DNA of 64,000 nucleotides from Eledone cirrhosa (GCA_964016885.1 OZ024742.1:285572001-285636000), one strand, 5' to 3'. Counted from the first letter of the stretch, positions 45,377-60,028 are shown. Notes: generated from the letters alone by a model not told the origin. Numbers and translations: made by a program.

Positions 45377-45828
45377 TGTATTGGCGTTAGTTATTGTTTT
45401 GTCTTGTTTTTTACTCCAGGGACCACTTTGGCGCTGTGACCCCGAGTGGACCAGCAGCACTGCTGTTAAGGCTTAAAACTGCTTAAGACCATCTCAACGG
45501 CTCAAGACCTTGTCTTTCGTTTGCATTTTTTGCCATTGTTTTTATTTTCTGAAAATAATTTATTAAAAAGTTTTCATCTTCGTATTCTTTCCTTTTCTTT
45601 GCCTTCTCTTTATATATCGAGATGCAAAATTGCGAACAGAGAAAGGAAATACATGAAAAATGAAGCAAAGACATGAGTCGTTATTAAGTTGAATAGCTGG
45701 GAATAGAAACAAGAATGTTATCGAAATTTCAAGCTTAAACTCTTCTTCGAAAAGATAGGCTGACAGAAAGGATTAGGAAAAAAAATAGGAAAAAGATCTG
45801 AAGTGAAAGATCTTGGATACAAGCCATG

Positions 45829-45895
<67 letters not shown>

Positions 45896-45901
<6 letters not shown>

Positions 45902-45996
45902 GTCCCGCAAAATGTATACATACTTTGAATATATCTGTACAGGCAATATTTATTAGAATGCTGTTGAAGTGTGTATACATTGTTTAGAACGCCCTG
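45896..45996. mobile_element. Tc1/mariner-type MITE
   Basis: AGGGTGTCCCGCAAAATGTATACA / TGTATACATTGTTTAGAACGCCCTG with TA flanks. Confidence 0.65.
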
Positions 45997-46159
45997 TATA
46001 TATATATACATATATATATATAGAAAAAGAGTCAGGACTCCTACGCCCAAGCTCCGGCTGTTTCGACAGCTAGATCCGAACTAACCCAGCAGTGTATACT
46101 GCTAGCTTTTTCCCTATTACCCGTTATGGCCCACCTGGTTTCTTACGACACATTCTTTG

Positions 46160-46204
<45 letters not shown>

Positions 46205-46399
46205 AAACTTGACATGCAGTGTCTGCGACCGTCCCAGTAATAATGTTACAGGCGTAAAATTACACATGCGTGTTCACCAAATGGAAAAACGTTGGGATAT
46301 TTTCTTTGCTGAAATCAACTGACCGGTTCTTGCCTGGGAAGTACTTTTGCTTTATATTCTGTTGAACACCCACTCATCGTTTTCAACGGGAGATTCCTT

Positions 46400-46480
<81 letters not shown>

Positions 46481-46483
<3 letters not shown>

Positions 46484-46752
46484 TGGTTACACAACAGTTA
46501 GTTCACCATACCGAGAACAATTGTTTCAACTTAGCGGATCCTCAGCTCGGATTTGACTGAACTAACTGTTGTGGAACTACTTATATATATATAGGTAGTT
46601 CCACAACAGTTAGTTCATCATACCGAGAACAAATGTTTCACCTTATTCGGATCCTCGTGGTGAACTAACTGTTGTGGAACTACTTCTACCAAACTCGTCC
46701 CATGGACTGAGTGTTCTACTACTACGGACATAACCCTCCAGTGTTCTACTAT
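46481..46752. mobile_element. Two tandem mini fold-backs (family C) plus tail
   Basis: ACAACAGTTAGTTCA / TGAACTAACTGTTGT brackets each unit; tail ACTC-GTCC-CAT-GGAC-T-GAGT at about 46693-46712. Confidence 0.78.
46511..46550 (-). ncRNA. Minimal type I hammerhead
   Basis: Minus strand CCGAG-CTGAGGA-TCCGCTAAGTT-GAAA-CAATTG-TT^CTCGG; 5-bp stem I, palindromic ACAATTGT, weak stem II. Confidence 0.75.
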
Positions 46753-46863
46753 TATATATATACATGAATTCATAAAAAAATACCAACAAATACTTTTAAC
46801 TGAAGTATGGGTGTAAGAGACTAATCACTGATGTACACACGCACACATATACATATGTAAATA

Positions 46864-46947
<84 letters not shown>

Positions 46948-47299
46948 GCATACATACCCACGCATACATACATATACAGGCAGTTACGCATAATATTCCT
47001 ACATATATTGAAATTATATTTATTTATCTGTCACAAATATGAAAGAGACTTAAGAGGAAAGCAAAACTAATATTATGAAAAGTGGTGTGGTGCAGTAAAG
47101 GAATAACTTATATTATTGTCTTATAGATTAATTGTCTCAGAGTATTTGGTTCTGACTACTTATGTTCTGAGTGTAAATCCGACCGGGATGGTAGTCCTCA
47201 TTTCATCTTTCATTATAAATACCACACACACACACACATATATATATATACATATATATATATATTATTTCTATATGGAATTAATCGTCTGGATATATG

Positions 47300-47367
<68 letters not shown>

Positions 47368-47373
<6 letters not shown>

Positions 47374-47836
47374 TATGTACACGTACATACATATATGTAT
47401 ACCGACGTACAGTAGTATGTATATATATATATATACATACATGCACACATATATATATGCACGTATGGATTCACCGAACATTTATTATAATGCTCGGTGT
47501 GTTTGTAAACAAACATCCCGTATTAAGCCGTAGTGTCTAGCAACCACCGTTGCTCGTTTGTTCAACACTTTCCTTTGTCAGTGTTGAACAAACGAGCAAC
47601 GGTGGTTGCTAGACACTACGGCTTAATACGGGATGTTTGTTTACAAACACACCGAGCATTATAATAAATGTTCGGTGAATCCATACGTGCATATATATAT
47701 GTGTGCATGTATGTATATATATATATACATACCACTGTACGTCGGTATACATATATGTATGTACGTGTACATACTTATATTTAAGTAACAGCCGTACTAA
47801 GAGTGGGAAATGAAATTTCGTTTCATTTTTTCCGTT
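47368..47836. mobile_element. Family D near-perfect palindrome (arms about 200 bp) plus right tail
   Basis: About 47368-47569 is inverted to 47580-47779; same family at 24462, 25655, 40018, 58600. Confidence 0.85.
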
Positions 47837-48389
47837 TATATATATATATATATATATGAAAACAGGGAGAAAGAAACGATTATGAGGAAGAAATATATAT
47901 TTTTTTCCTTTTTTGTTTCCCTCTCTCTTTTTTCTGGGTTAGAAAATGATTAAAACGAAATGTTTTACTTTGTGTGAAGTGTTAAGGTATTAGTTGATTT
48001 ATTTATTATTTAACAATGGCATTTATTTATCTATTTATACATTTAATTATTGTCTATTAGGGAAATGTATTAGTGTGGTGTCGCACATGTTAAACAGAAG
48101 GTGCAGAAAGAATAATGTTATTTACAAACAAGGTTTAAGAAGTGAAAAGAAAAAAGAAAAAGGAAAAAAAACGTGCATAATGTGGAACGTAAAAAGTCAA
48201 TGTGGAAGAAAAAATAATGTTATTTACAAGCACAGTCATTGAAGTTAAGCAGATCAAAATGTATTAATATAGCAAGAGTGCTTAGTTGAACCATGGTTCC
48301 GTGATGGAGGCAAATCGTGGATTGAGGTTTGATACATACATATATATACATAAGTGGTGTGTTGTTTGCTTCATTTTTTTGCTTTTTAC

Positions 48390-48454
<65 letters not shown>

Positions 48455-48614
48455 TTTATTAGAATAGATTCAATCAACTGAAACTTTCTCCTGAGAATTT
48501 CTGATTCTATTCTATTGTATGCAAACATTAATTAGATTCCTCTCTTGAAATAATTCTTCAGGCTGAATAAAATATCTTTCTTAGCTACGACGTAACATTC
48601 AATGTTATCTTTGT

Positions 48615-48790
48615 CACGCTCACATATACACACTTATTGCTCTCCCCACGATCACATATACATATTATTGTAGCCCCCACGATCAGATATACGCACTATG
48701 GTACTCGCCACTGTCACAGATAAGTAATATCGTACTTCCACGTCCACAGAAAAGTATTGTGGTACTCCACACGCTCACACATAGGTATTA
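48615..48790. repeat. Degenerate tandem repeat, about 31 bp x 6
   Basis: CACG(A/C)TCACATATAC..TATTG..CTC units. Confidence 0.6.
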
Positions 48791-49563
48791 ATCACCGAGC
48801 CTTTCCAGTGATATTCACTAAAAACTTGCATCAATCGTTTATGTTTTGTGAAAAAGATACAGACATTATCTTTCGCGTCATTTGAAGATCATTAGTATTC
48901 AATGTATGTCGTATTTGTCAATGTTGTTGAATTAATTAAATAGATTACTGGGCCTTCGTCTTTGTCGAAGTGGAATGTTTCAGTTGGGACCACCTCCTCG
49001 TCAAATTAATGTATATATAAACAGAGAGGACGGTAAAACCCCTACCCCGACTCCGAGGCCTAGCGGTCGTGTTTTTACCTTCCTCTATACCCATTCTGCT
49101 TCTTCCCATGTAAAGAGTACTCCCCTGATTTGTGGATCTCCCAGGTCTCGACTCTGCACACTTTATCCAATTCAATCGAGGGTCTTTGCACTCCTGTTGG
49201 AGCAACCCTTCCCTGGTTGACCTCCACTGCTTTCTGTTTGGTTCTGGTGATGTCTTCAGGGGTGTAGCTGTACTTACCACGCTTGGTTAATTGCAGGTTG
49301 GTGAGGTTATTTAACCCATAGTATGGATGGATGGCCGTTGATTCTGAGATCATCCGCAAACTGTATATATATAGAGAGAGATTCAGTTAATTACTGGTAT
49401 TGGTACCAAAGCAAGCGCTCTATACACAAGCTAAGTGTATATAATAGAAAAAAAACGAGGAAGTTTCATTTACATGTATATATATATTTATTGTGTATGG
49501 ACCTATTACGCGCGTTTCAGGTCGATACACAATAAATATACATGTAAACGAAACTTTTTTGTT

Positions 49564-49635
<72 letters not shown>

Positions 49636-49925
49636 TGTGTATGCCCATGAGTGCATGAAGTGAAAGGGATATAGAAAGAGAAGAAACAAATTAGAGAAAA
49701 TGATAAGGTTGACTAAAATAAAGTATTCCACGACTGTGTTCTGTATGACGATCAACGTATTGTCCGAACATTTTTTATTCCGTCAACTGATCTTACAGTA
49801 TTCATCTCGCTTGTTGATTTTAGATTTTAAACACTACAAGAGGGAGGTTTTGGCTACTAATTGCTTGTATAATCTCAGTTGATCGAAGTTTCACAACTCT
49901 ACATTACATATATGAGATCTTATAG

Positions 49926-50238
49926 CAGCGTTTCTCAACTAGTGTTCTCTGGAACCCTAGGGTTTCGCAAGAGATCGTTAGGGGTTCTGTGAGAAACAGT
50001 GCATAAACTAATGCATTGAGTAATTTTTTGTTTAATTTTATGTTCCTAATTTTGCTATACACGTACGGTGTGTTGTTGGAAAACGCTTGGTTATTATAAT
50101 AAAGGCTTCAACCTCTTATATTATTTAAAACTAGCTTGTCACCTCTCGATATTATATAATAATTTTTATGGTGGTGTTCCCTGCGTCATGAAAACTATTT
50201 CAAGGATTCCACAAGGATAAAAAGGTTGAGAAAAGCTG
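49926..50238. mobile_element. hAT (Charlie-like) MITE
   Basis: TIR CAGCGTTTCTCAAC / GTTGAGAAAAGCTG; TSD TCTTATAG / TCTTACAG. Confidence 0.85.
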
Positions 50239-50368
50239 TCTTACAGTGTTTATGTTGAATATGTAGAATACTGTTCTGGAGGACTTTGCTTCAGACATAT
50301 TGTTGATATATTAAGCGTATTTTATCTTTACGTAATTTTATCTTTACGAACGTAAGTCATAACATTCA

Positions 50369-50477
<109 letters not shown>

Positions 50478-50761
50478 ATCGCTCTTTATTGTAAATACAC
50501 CCACATGCATATAAAAGTATATATAAATACCCACCTGCATATAAAAATAATTTCTAACTTTAACACAAGGCCACGTATCAAGGTTGTAGGTGCATAGTCG
50601 ACCTTTGTACTCAACTGTTCCTTAATTTATCAACCCTGGAAATATGATACACAAACTCTTGAAATATATTTGTTGGCCTTGTGCCTATCTATCTTACGTA
50701 TGCAAAGACAGGCACTACCTATATATATATATATGCAGTGCCTATCTTTGTGTCCGTAAGA

Positions 50762-50960
50762 TAGGCACAAGGCCAACAAATTTGGAGGTAGGGAAAATTC
50801 GATTAAATCAATCCCAGTGTGTTACTAGTGATATATTTCATCGACCCCGTAAAGATGAAAAGCAAAGCTAACCTCGAAAAATTTGAACTCAGAACGTAAA
50901 GGGTCATAATTCTATGCTGCAAAGCTATTGTCCGACGCTCTACCAATACTGCCAAACCAC
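50762..50960 (-). mobile_element. SINE, main family
   Basis: Reverse-complement tail, core and head (CTCTACCAATACTGCCAA). Confidence 0.8.
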
Positions 50961-51729
50961 AGCCTTTGCAAGAGGTATAGTAATAATAGATATTTCCCTC
51001 TGGTTTTATTAAGAGTAAGTAGGCTTAATATTTTCTGGCACTATTTCAAAATTATCGGAACCCATGTCGTCAAAAATGAAGACAATAGCGTGGAAATATT
51101 TATGTTTCTGAGCCCATAGTGTCGGGGCTGTGATCTCTCAATTCAGAGAAGTAGAGCAGTTCCGATACTATGGGCATGTGGTTAGAAAGTCTCAGGAAAG
51201 AATCCCTGGACAGATTTTACGGGCAAAACAAAACGACAAGGGACCCAGAGGTAGACTCCGAGCAAGATGGTTGGATAACATCCATGAGCTTGGTTGGTCT
51301 CCCTAGGGATCCAGCTTCTGACCGGCTGGAAGGAGTGTTTGAGGACTCTGTCACCACATCCCTCTCAGGAATGGTATGTTATGCTGGCTAGGATTTTTGG
51401 ATATATGAACAATGATAAAAACAGGGAAATTTGCGTTTTGCTAAATTAATTGTCTGCATAAGAGAAACCCTATAGTTTATGTTGATTACTGACATATGTA
51501 AAGGATTAATAAGAATAATATTTTTATTTCTAGGATATAATTACATAATTGTTCCTCAAATAATATACAGGATTAAACGTATGAATTACTTTGGAGAAAT
51601 AACTATTTACCACATGCCTTCACTATGAATCACACTGGGTTAGTGTTTCAGCTAATTAATACCAGGTCGTCAAGCCTACACCGTTTTCATATGAGCATCC
51701 ACATGAATGTATTATTTGTAAATATCTAA

Positions 51730-52358
51730 AGGCGGTTAATTGGCAGTAATAGGGAGAGCATCGAACACCATACTTTGTGACGTATAGTTATAGCCTTTTA
51801 CGTTCCGAGTTCAAATCCCACCCATGTTAGCTCTGCCTTTCATCCTTAAGGGGTCGATAAAATAAAGTACCGGCCACGTACCCAAAAATTGTTGGCCTTG
51901 TGCCTAAATCAGAAACCATTATTATTATTATTAAAAGGGTGGTGGATTGGCAGTATCGGTAGTGGGTCGGACGCCATGCTTTGACATATAGAGTTACGGC
52001 CCTTGCCATTCTGAGTTCAAATCCCGCCGAGGTTAACTTTGCCTTTAATCCTTACGGGGTCGATAAAATAAAGTAACAGTAATGCACTGGGTAATTGTTG
52101 GCCTTGTGCCAAAAGTAGAAACAATTATTATTATTAGGGAGGTGGATTGTCAGTAATCAGTAGAGCGTCGAGCAGCATGCTTTGTGATATACAGTTACGG
52201 CCTTTTACATTCTGAATTCATATCCCGCCGAAGTTAGCTTTGCCTCTCATCTTTCGGGGATCAATAACATAGAACCAGTAACGCACTGAGGTCGATTTAA
52301 TCGATTTTCTCATTTCCCTTCAAATTGCTGGACTTGTGCCAAAAGTAGAAACAATTAT
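51730..52358 (+). mobile_element. Three head-to-tail SINEs separated by (ATT)n tails
   Basis: Copies at about 51730-51925, 51937-52130, 52137-52358. Confidence 0.9.
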
Positions 52359-52809
52359 ATGTATACGCCTTTGTTATAATGTATTACGGACTTACATAAC
52401 ATTTCTATCTTATCACTTCTGAGTTGACACATTGCCAGTTTTCTTCCTGTATCATAAGCCTGCTAGTGTATCACATAATGACAATGTGAGAATATCTAAT
52501 TCTTATTCAAGACAGCTACTACCTCTGTATTCTATACTTGGCTGTAGAAAATGTAAGAACAGACAAGTTAAAAGGCGGCGAATCAACAGTCGTTTGGGCT
52601 TATACGTTATGGTATTAGTTTCAGCTCTCTGTGCTATGAGTTCAAAACTCGGCGAGGTCAAATTAATTTGCATTCTTTCGATTAAAAAAAAAAAAATGTA
52701 CTTGTTCAGGGAGGTGTACAGAGTGGTCCGAAAGTCTTGTCACTCCTTGTCACATATTGTTTTAACTTTCATTATTTTTTGTTTTAATAATATAATATAT
52801 AATATCATT

Positions 52810-52995
52810 TGGATTGGCAGTATCGGTAGACGGTCGGACACCATGCTTTGACGCATAGAGTTACGGTCCTTGCCATTCTGAGTTCAAATCCCGCCGAGGT
52901 TAACTTTGCCTTTCATCCTTACGGGATCGATCAAATAAAGTACCAGTAATGCACTGGATAATTGCTGGCCTTGTACCAAAAGTAGAAACAATTAA
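52810..52995 (+). mobile_element. SINE, main family
   Basis: Head, core and tail all present. Confidence 0.9.
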
Positions 52996-53001
52996 TTATA
53001 A

Positions 53002-54283
53002 TCTCTCTAGATAAAACTGAGGATGTCTGTCTGTGTGTATGTTGAATCCCTAAAACTCGAGAAGCACCCAACCGACTGTTTTCAAACTTTACACATGTAA
53101 TACTTATGTTTCAGGGAGTGTTCTGAGCAAAAACAATTTCAAATTTTCAACGCATTAGGCGATGTAGCGATCTCTCTCTATAATTCTTAGTCTTTATCTT
53201 TTTAGATAGATACATACATATAACGTCGCGCCCTTATAATATCAGTCTGTATGTCCGACTGTCTGCATTACGTCACTTCCCACAATTCCGTCTGCGTCCA
53301 GAACGCGCCCTTATAATATCTGTCTGTATACTTGGCTGTCTGCTGCCTCCGGTTATTTTGCCACCCTTGCTCAAGACAAATCTCGCACTCATTCCCCAAA
53401 CAGTTGGTAAGTGCACACAACTTCTTCCTCACGTTTTAAGCCACAGTGCTGCTTACTTACGTACCACCAGGCCCTTACTTCTTTGCCAGCCGTGGTCGTG
53501 GCAATACTAAGCTTAGCTAAGGCGGTTCTATATTTCACACAACACTAAAAATGAAAGCCGGTAACTATGTATTAGTTAGTCTCTTCTTCATACCGTGAGC
53601 AAAGAAAATACAACTTTTAGTGGAGCGAGTGAAATAAAGTCGATCCTACTGCGATTCAAAAATCAGGTTTGCAGGTTATATATTTCACACAACACTAAAC
53701 ATTAAAGCCGGTAAAGAAAAACATTGCTATAATAGCTTCAGTTTTCACAATGTTGCTTACTTACGTGCCTTTACGAGAACAAAAGTTACTCAGGGAGTGT
53801 TATGCACATAAACAATTCAACTTTTTGATCCCCTAGGGCGCGCATTAGGTGAAAAACTGCGTTTTTTTCAGCTTTTTATGGGTATTTTGAGGCGTTACGT
53901 CAGAATGATTTCCTTGAAATTGTAACTATGTATTAGTCAGTCTCTTCTTCATATCGTGAGGATAGAAAATCCAACATTAGGTGAAAAACTTCATTTTTTT
54001 CAGCTTTTTAGGGCTTTTTTGAGGCGTTACATCTAGCCGATTTTCCCCAAATTTCAAGGCATATTATGCACATAAAAAAAATTCATTTTCTTGATGCCCA
54101 TTAGGTGAAAACCTGCATTTTTCCTGCTTCATCGAGGAAAATCTTAAAGATTATCCAGCCATCAGAGTATTCGGTTTATTTTCTTTACATATTGTCGAGG
54201 CATGCAGTTTTTCCACGAATAGGTCTGTTGGCGGCCGCGTTCCAAAATACCTTATCCCGTGCAACGCCAGGTACCACTACTAG
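53002..54283 (+). mobile_element. Non-autonomous Helitron
   Basis: 5' A^TC, ATAAAA..TGTCTGTCTGTG; 3' imperfect hairpin CCCGTGCAACGCCAGG then CTAG^T; internal direct duplications. Confidence 0.82.
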
Positions 54284-54296
54284 TATATAATAAAAA

Positions 54297-54752
54297 GGGC
54301 GGTGGATTGGCAGTATCGGTAGAGGGTCGGACGCCATGCTTTGCAGCATAGAGTTACGGCCCTTTATGATCTGAGATCAAATCCCGACTTTCGTCAAATC
54401 GGACCGAGGAAACAATGTTTCCGTTGGTCTTTCCAATTGCTAGTACGCTCTATCGGTCGCAACTCCAGGTAGAAATAACAACGTCAAATAAAGTGTTTTG
54501 CTCAAGGACATAACGCATCGCTCGGTCCGGGAATCGAACTTACAACCTCACGATTAGGAATCCAATTCTCTAACCACTCGGCCACACGCCTTCACTAATT
54601 ATAATATATAATGATCTTTATGATCCCTTTATGATCTGAGTTCAAATCCCGCCGAGGTTAACTTTGCCTTTCATCTTTACGGGGTCGATAAAATAAAGTA
54701 CCAGTAATGTACTGGGTAATTGCTGGCCTTGTGCCTAAAATAGAAACAATTA
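54297..54752 (+). mobile_element. Main-family SINE split by an antisense second-family SINE (about 54390-54592)
   Basis: Head 54297-54387; remainder 54625-54752; the insert has minus-strand GGCGTGTGGCCGAGTGGTTAG..AGTTCGATTCCC..TGTCCTTGAGCAAAACACTT. Confidence 0.82.
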
Positions 54753-54787
54753 ATTATAATATATAATAATATAATTTTCTATTTCAG

Positions 54788-54964
54788 ATGGACGACACGA
54801 GCTCCTACAGTTTGGAAGAGAGGCTGCTTGCAAGTGAATGAACACATGATCGTGTGCATTCTGGCAAGAGCATGGAGGATGTGCGACATGACTTCACTGC
54901 AAGATTCGGCAAACCAGCTCCTCCGAAGAGGACGATACTGCGATGGGAACATAAACTGTTTCTC
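54788..54964 (+). pseudogene. N-terminal helix-turn-helix (DUF4817-like) remnant of a Tc1/mariner-type transposase
   Basis: MDDTSSYSLEERLLASE*THDRVHSGKSMEDVRHDFTARFGKPAPPKRTILRWEHKLF, located inside the TIRs; stop at 54839. Domain name is from motif recollection. Confidence 0.65.
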
Positions 54965-55259
54965 ATTACTTTTTGGTAGGGGTGACAAGACTTTCGGACC
55001 ACCTTGTATTTGCCTAATTGTTAGAGCGTTGGATGAGATGCTTTGTGGTATTTGATCCGGCTCATAGAATTCTGAGTTCAAATCCCGCTGCAGTCTACTT
55101 GAGTGGTAGACTTAATCTATCGCCTGCTTTAACGTCGGTGCCTACTAGTCCCTTTTGCTGCAATCATTCTAACCAGAGCCCCAATCCTTCCTATTTAAAT
55201 TCCCTTTCCTCCCAACTATCTCAGTGTCGTGGTACTCCTTAGCTAAACAGTAAAAATAA

Positions 55260-56125
55260 TAATTGTTTCTACTTTTGGCACAAGGCCAGCAATTATCTCA
55301 GTGTATTACTGGTACTTTATTTTATCGACCCCATAAGGATGAAAGGCAAAGTTAACCTCGGCGGGATTTGAACTCAGAACGTAAAGGACCGTAACTCTTT
55401 GTTGCAAAGCATGGCGTCCGACCTTCTACCGATCTAAATAATTGTTTCCACCGCTCTAAATAATTGTTTCTACTTTAGGCACAAGGCCAGCAATTACCCA
55501 GTACATTACTGGTACTTTATTTTATCGACCCCGTAAAGATGAAAGGCAAAGTTAACCTCGGCGGGATTTGAACTCAAACCGTAAAGGGACGTAACTATGC
55601 TTAATAATAATAATTTTGGTTCTGATTTAGGCACAAAGACAACAATTTTGGGAAGGGGAAAGTCGATTAAATCGACTCCAGTGCATTACTGGTACTCTAT
55701 GTTATCGACCTCGTAAGGATAAAAGGCAAAGCTAACCTCGACAGGATTTGAACTCAGAACGCAATGGGCCGTAAATCTATGCCGCAAAGCATGCCGTCCG
55801 ACGCTCTACCGATACTGCCAATCCAACAATAGTAATAAGACCGCAGGTAGCGGCTTGATGTTCATTAAAGCAATTTTCCCGGCTAAGTAACATCAGTGAC
55901 TGAGATAGCAAATTCATAATAATAATACTAATAATTGTTTCTTCTTTTGGCCCAAGGCCAGCTATTACCGCAGTGTATTACTGGTACTTTATTTTATCGA
56001 CCCCGTAAGGATGAAAGGCAAAGTTAACCTCGGCGAGATTTGAACTCAGAATGGAAAGGGCCGTAACTTAATGCGTCAAAGCATGGCGTCCGACCCTCTA
56101 CCAATACTGCCAATCCACCGCCCTT
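55260..56125 (-). mobile_element. Four tandem minus-strand SINEs
   Basis: Copies at about 55260-55435, 55460-55601, 55617-55825, 55932-56125. Confidence 0.9.
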
Positions 56126-56664
56126 TGTCACTAATAATATAAAACCGAAAGTGTAGTAATGAATGTAAATTTTGTAGAAACAGAGTAAAATATTACACGA
56201 CTTTCACCCCGCACTACATATTAAATTGCAACGCTATAAATGTTTTTGATGTTTATGAAAACATTATGAAACTATGATTACAGTTTACATCCTCTTGGAA
56301 TTTTTATAATTTTGTTAATATTCTTACGTCCGGATGAATAACTTGCAAAATATACATAACATATGACTTCTGTTTACTTCCATTTCCACCAGCGTTTATT
56401 AAACTATATTAGAGGTGTTTTAGAGATGATAGCTTTTAGACAAAATCAGCATTTAAAGAAAGCCTTTTCAGACCTAGGCTTTTTATTGGGGAATCCTTCA
56501 AATTCACATCTATCATTCCATTATGTGTTCTAGCCGACAGGCTGAGGCCATGCTGGGGCACCACATTCTATCTATATTTATATACCGTATTTGCCGACCT
56601 ATTGGACGCGCTTAAAAAAACAACAACATAAAACGTCTTTTCCTGCGTCCAATACGCTCGTATC

Positions 56665-56850
56665 ACCGAAGATCGGACAACATGCTTTGCGCTCCTTTAC
56701 GTTCTGAATTCAGATCTCGCCGAGGTTAACGTTACCTTTAATCCTTAAAGGGTCGATGAAATAAAGTACCAGTAATGCACTGGAGTTGATTTAATCGACT
56801 TTTCCCTCCCCCAAAATTGTTAGCCTTGTGCCTAAATCAGAAACCATTAT
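56665..56850 (+). mobile_element. SINE, main family
   Basis: Core and tail present; preceded by a Tc2/pogo-like TIR fragment TA-CCGTATTTGCCGACCTATTGGACGC at about 56583. Confidence 0.75.
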
Positions 56851-57186
56851 CGGGATGTGACATTTGTTTTGAATTTTTACATTTTCAGCTCAATTTCTGC
56901 TGATGTCAAATTTGTCGCTAAAACAAAATACCAGTTAAGTACTGGAGTCAATGTGATCGACTGTTCCGCCATAGGGCCGTCCTGCAGCTCCGTGCGACGT
57001 TTCTCTTAATTTTTGGTAAAATGCTGCCGGCATATCCCGTCCATCCGATCACACTTATTATCACTCCTCAGCTGGTCTTGAGCGTATATTATAAGTTATT
57101 GGTGATGGTGGTGGTGTTATAGTCCACAATGTCCCAAGATGTTTGAGACTATAACACCACCACCATCACCAGAGAAAGAGAGATAA

Positions 57187-57263
<77 letters not shown>

Positions 57264-57454
57264 GAGAAAACCAAAAAGTGGGTGATTTACACTGAATAAA
57301 AATATGAGGTAAGGGGCGGTTCAACAATAGTAAGATAGATACGTTAATATATAAATAATACTACATTGAAATGATCTAGAATACAATCAAAGCGAAACGG
57401 ACCTCATAACAGCATTGAGTGCTTCAACGGCGCTTGTAACTGTTGTTACACTTC

Positions 57455-57512
<58 letters not shown>

Positions 57513-57672
57513 CCATATATATATATCCATATATGGTTGACGGCAGAGAGAAAGGATTGGTCAATAATATTTGTTATTAAGGATATAAAGTGAGCCTTAT
57601 TGCATTGGAGTTTCGCCTGTTTATCATAGGGTCATCAGACAAGAACAGTATATATGTATATATGTATATATG

Positions 57673-57786
<114 letters not shown>

Positions 57787-57826
57787 TATGTATGTATATA
57801 TATATATGTATGTATATATATATATG

Positions 57827-57930
<104 letters not shown>

Positions 57931-57937
57931 TATATAT

Positions 57938-58541
57938 GTCAGGTCACCAGTTGGTGCTACTGGTAACATGTATCCCAGTACAACCTGTCCCATGGTCGGG
58001 TCGTTGGCGACTAAACTGGCAACCCCACCAAGGTTTCTTGGTGAGGAGGGTGACTTTGGACATCCTGCAGGACTAAAAACAAAACCTGTCAAAAGTGCAA
58101 AGGAGCTCTTAAGAGTCAATGGCCATCCAAAATCACCGGGAGAGATGACCCCTTAGCCTTTGTCAAGGCAGAATTCTAGGAGAAGGAAAACTCTGATATA
58201 ACACCTGCAACCCTGATGGTATCCAATGATGTTGACTTGTTCTTCTTTTTGGTAAATATCATCTTGGTTAAGAGAGTGGGACTGGCTTTGTGCAGTGCCT
58301 TTGCTCACTATAAAAGCTTCACGGCACAGGCATTGTTTTATATCTGGAGATCTCATTGCACTTGTCACATGGTACCATGGGCCCAGCACTATGTGTCAAT
58401 AATTGTCACAAGTGTAGTGTTTGTACCAGAGTTTTCAAGTCGCTGGCTGGACTAAAAAGTCACACTCGTTCAGCGCATCGGTAGGGGTTCTCCTACATGG
58501 TTATAAAGTAGTGGCCGTACTCGAAAACGAGTTGGCAGCCA

Positions 58542-58543
<2 letters not shown>
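57938..58543 (+). mobile_element. Second copy of the 607-bp unit
   Basis: Same termini GTCAGGTCACC..GGCAGCCACCA as 36715-37323; TA-rich tracts on both sides. Confidence 0.8.
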
Positions 58544-58596
<53 letters not shown>

Positions 58597-58597
58597 T

Positions 58598-59217
<620 letters not shown>

Positions 59218-59239
59218 CATATATATATATATATATATA

Positions 59240-59382
59240 GAATGAACCCTTCATTCTTTCTCTTGTATTGGTATGTAAAATGAGGCTTGTCTGTATAATT
59301 GCAAACGAATCGAATGTTATTATTAATATTCGAAAAAATCAGATTACATTTATTGTATTCAGCCATGTAGAGCGAAAATCTT

Positions 59383-59435
<53 letters not shown>

Positions 59436-59665
59436 ATTTTCGCTCTACATGGCTGAATACAATAAATGTAATCTGATTTTTTCGAATATTAATAATAACA
59501 TTCGATTCGTTTGCAATTATACAGACAAGCCTCATTTTACATACCAACACAAGAGAAAGAATGAAGGGTTCATTCCATTGAGATGGCTATACAAATGAGG
59601 CTTGTTTGTATAATTGCAAACGAATCGAATGTTATTAATATTCGAAAAACTCAGATTACATTTAT
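59240..59665. mobile_element. Inverted pair centred on a TA tract plus a third partial copy
   Basis: 59240-59384 is inverted to 59432-59575; 59594-59665 repeats in the first orientation. Confidence 0.75.
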
Positions 59666-59671
59666 ATATAA

Positions 59672-59763
<92 letters not shown>

Positions 59764-60028
59764 TGTGTGTGTAGATACTCGAGTTGTATCGGAGGGTGGG
59801 GGTAACCACAGTTAAAAAAGGTACTCAGTACGTTGGTAGAATATAGAAAACACTTCTACAGAACTAGCAAGTTTCATTCGTATAGAATCATCACGCATTC
59901 CTGGTGATTTCATAGGAATGAAACAGTTCTAGTCCTGTAGAAGTCATTTCTCCCAAAAATCTATACACACTTCAACACCATTACCTATACAGGTAATAAA
60001 AATGTATATTCATTTTTACGGGGCACCC

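Larger units (their letters stand above)
52719..55006 (+). mobile_element. Internally deleted Tc1/mariner-superfamily element carrying nested SINEs and a Helitron
   Basis: TIR CAGAGTGGTCCGAAAGTCTTGTCAC / GTGACAAGACTTTCGGACCACCTTG; TA TSD at 52717-52718 and 55007-55008. Confidence 0.88.

Noticed and set aside
48968-49005. Minus-strand TTGACGA..GAAAC hammerhead-like string in an unclassified 420-bp segment
   Set aside because: U3 with G8 is unpaired and the stems cannot be built; the segment and its short ORFs remain unassigned.
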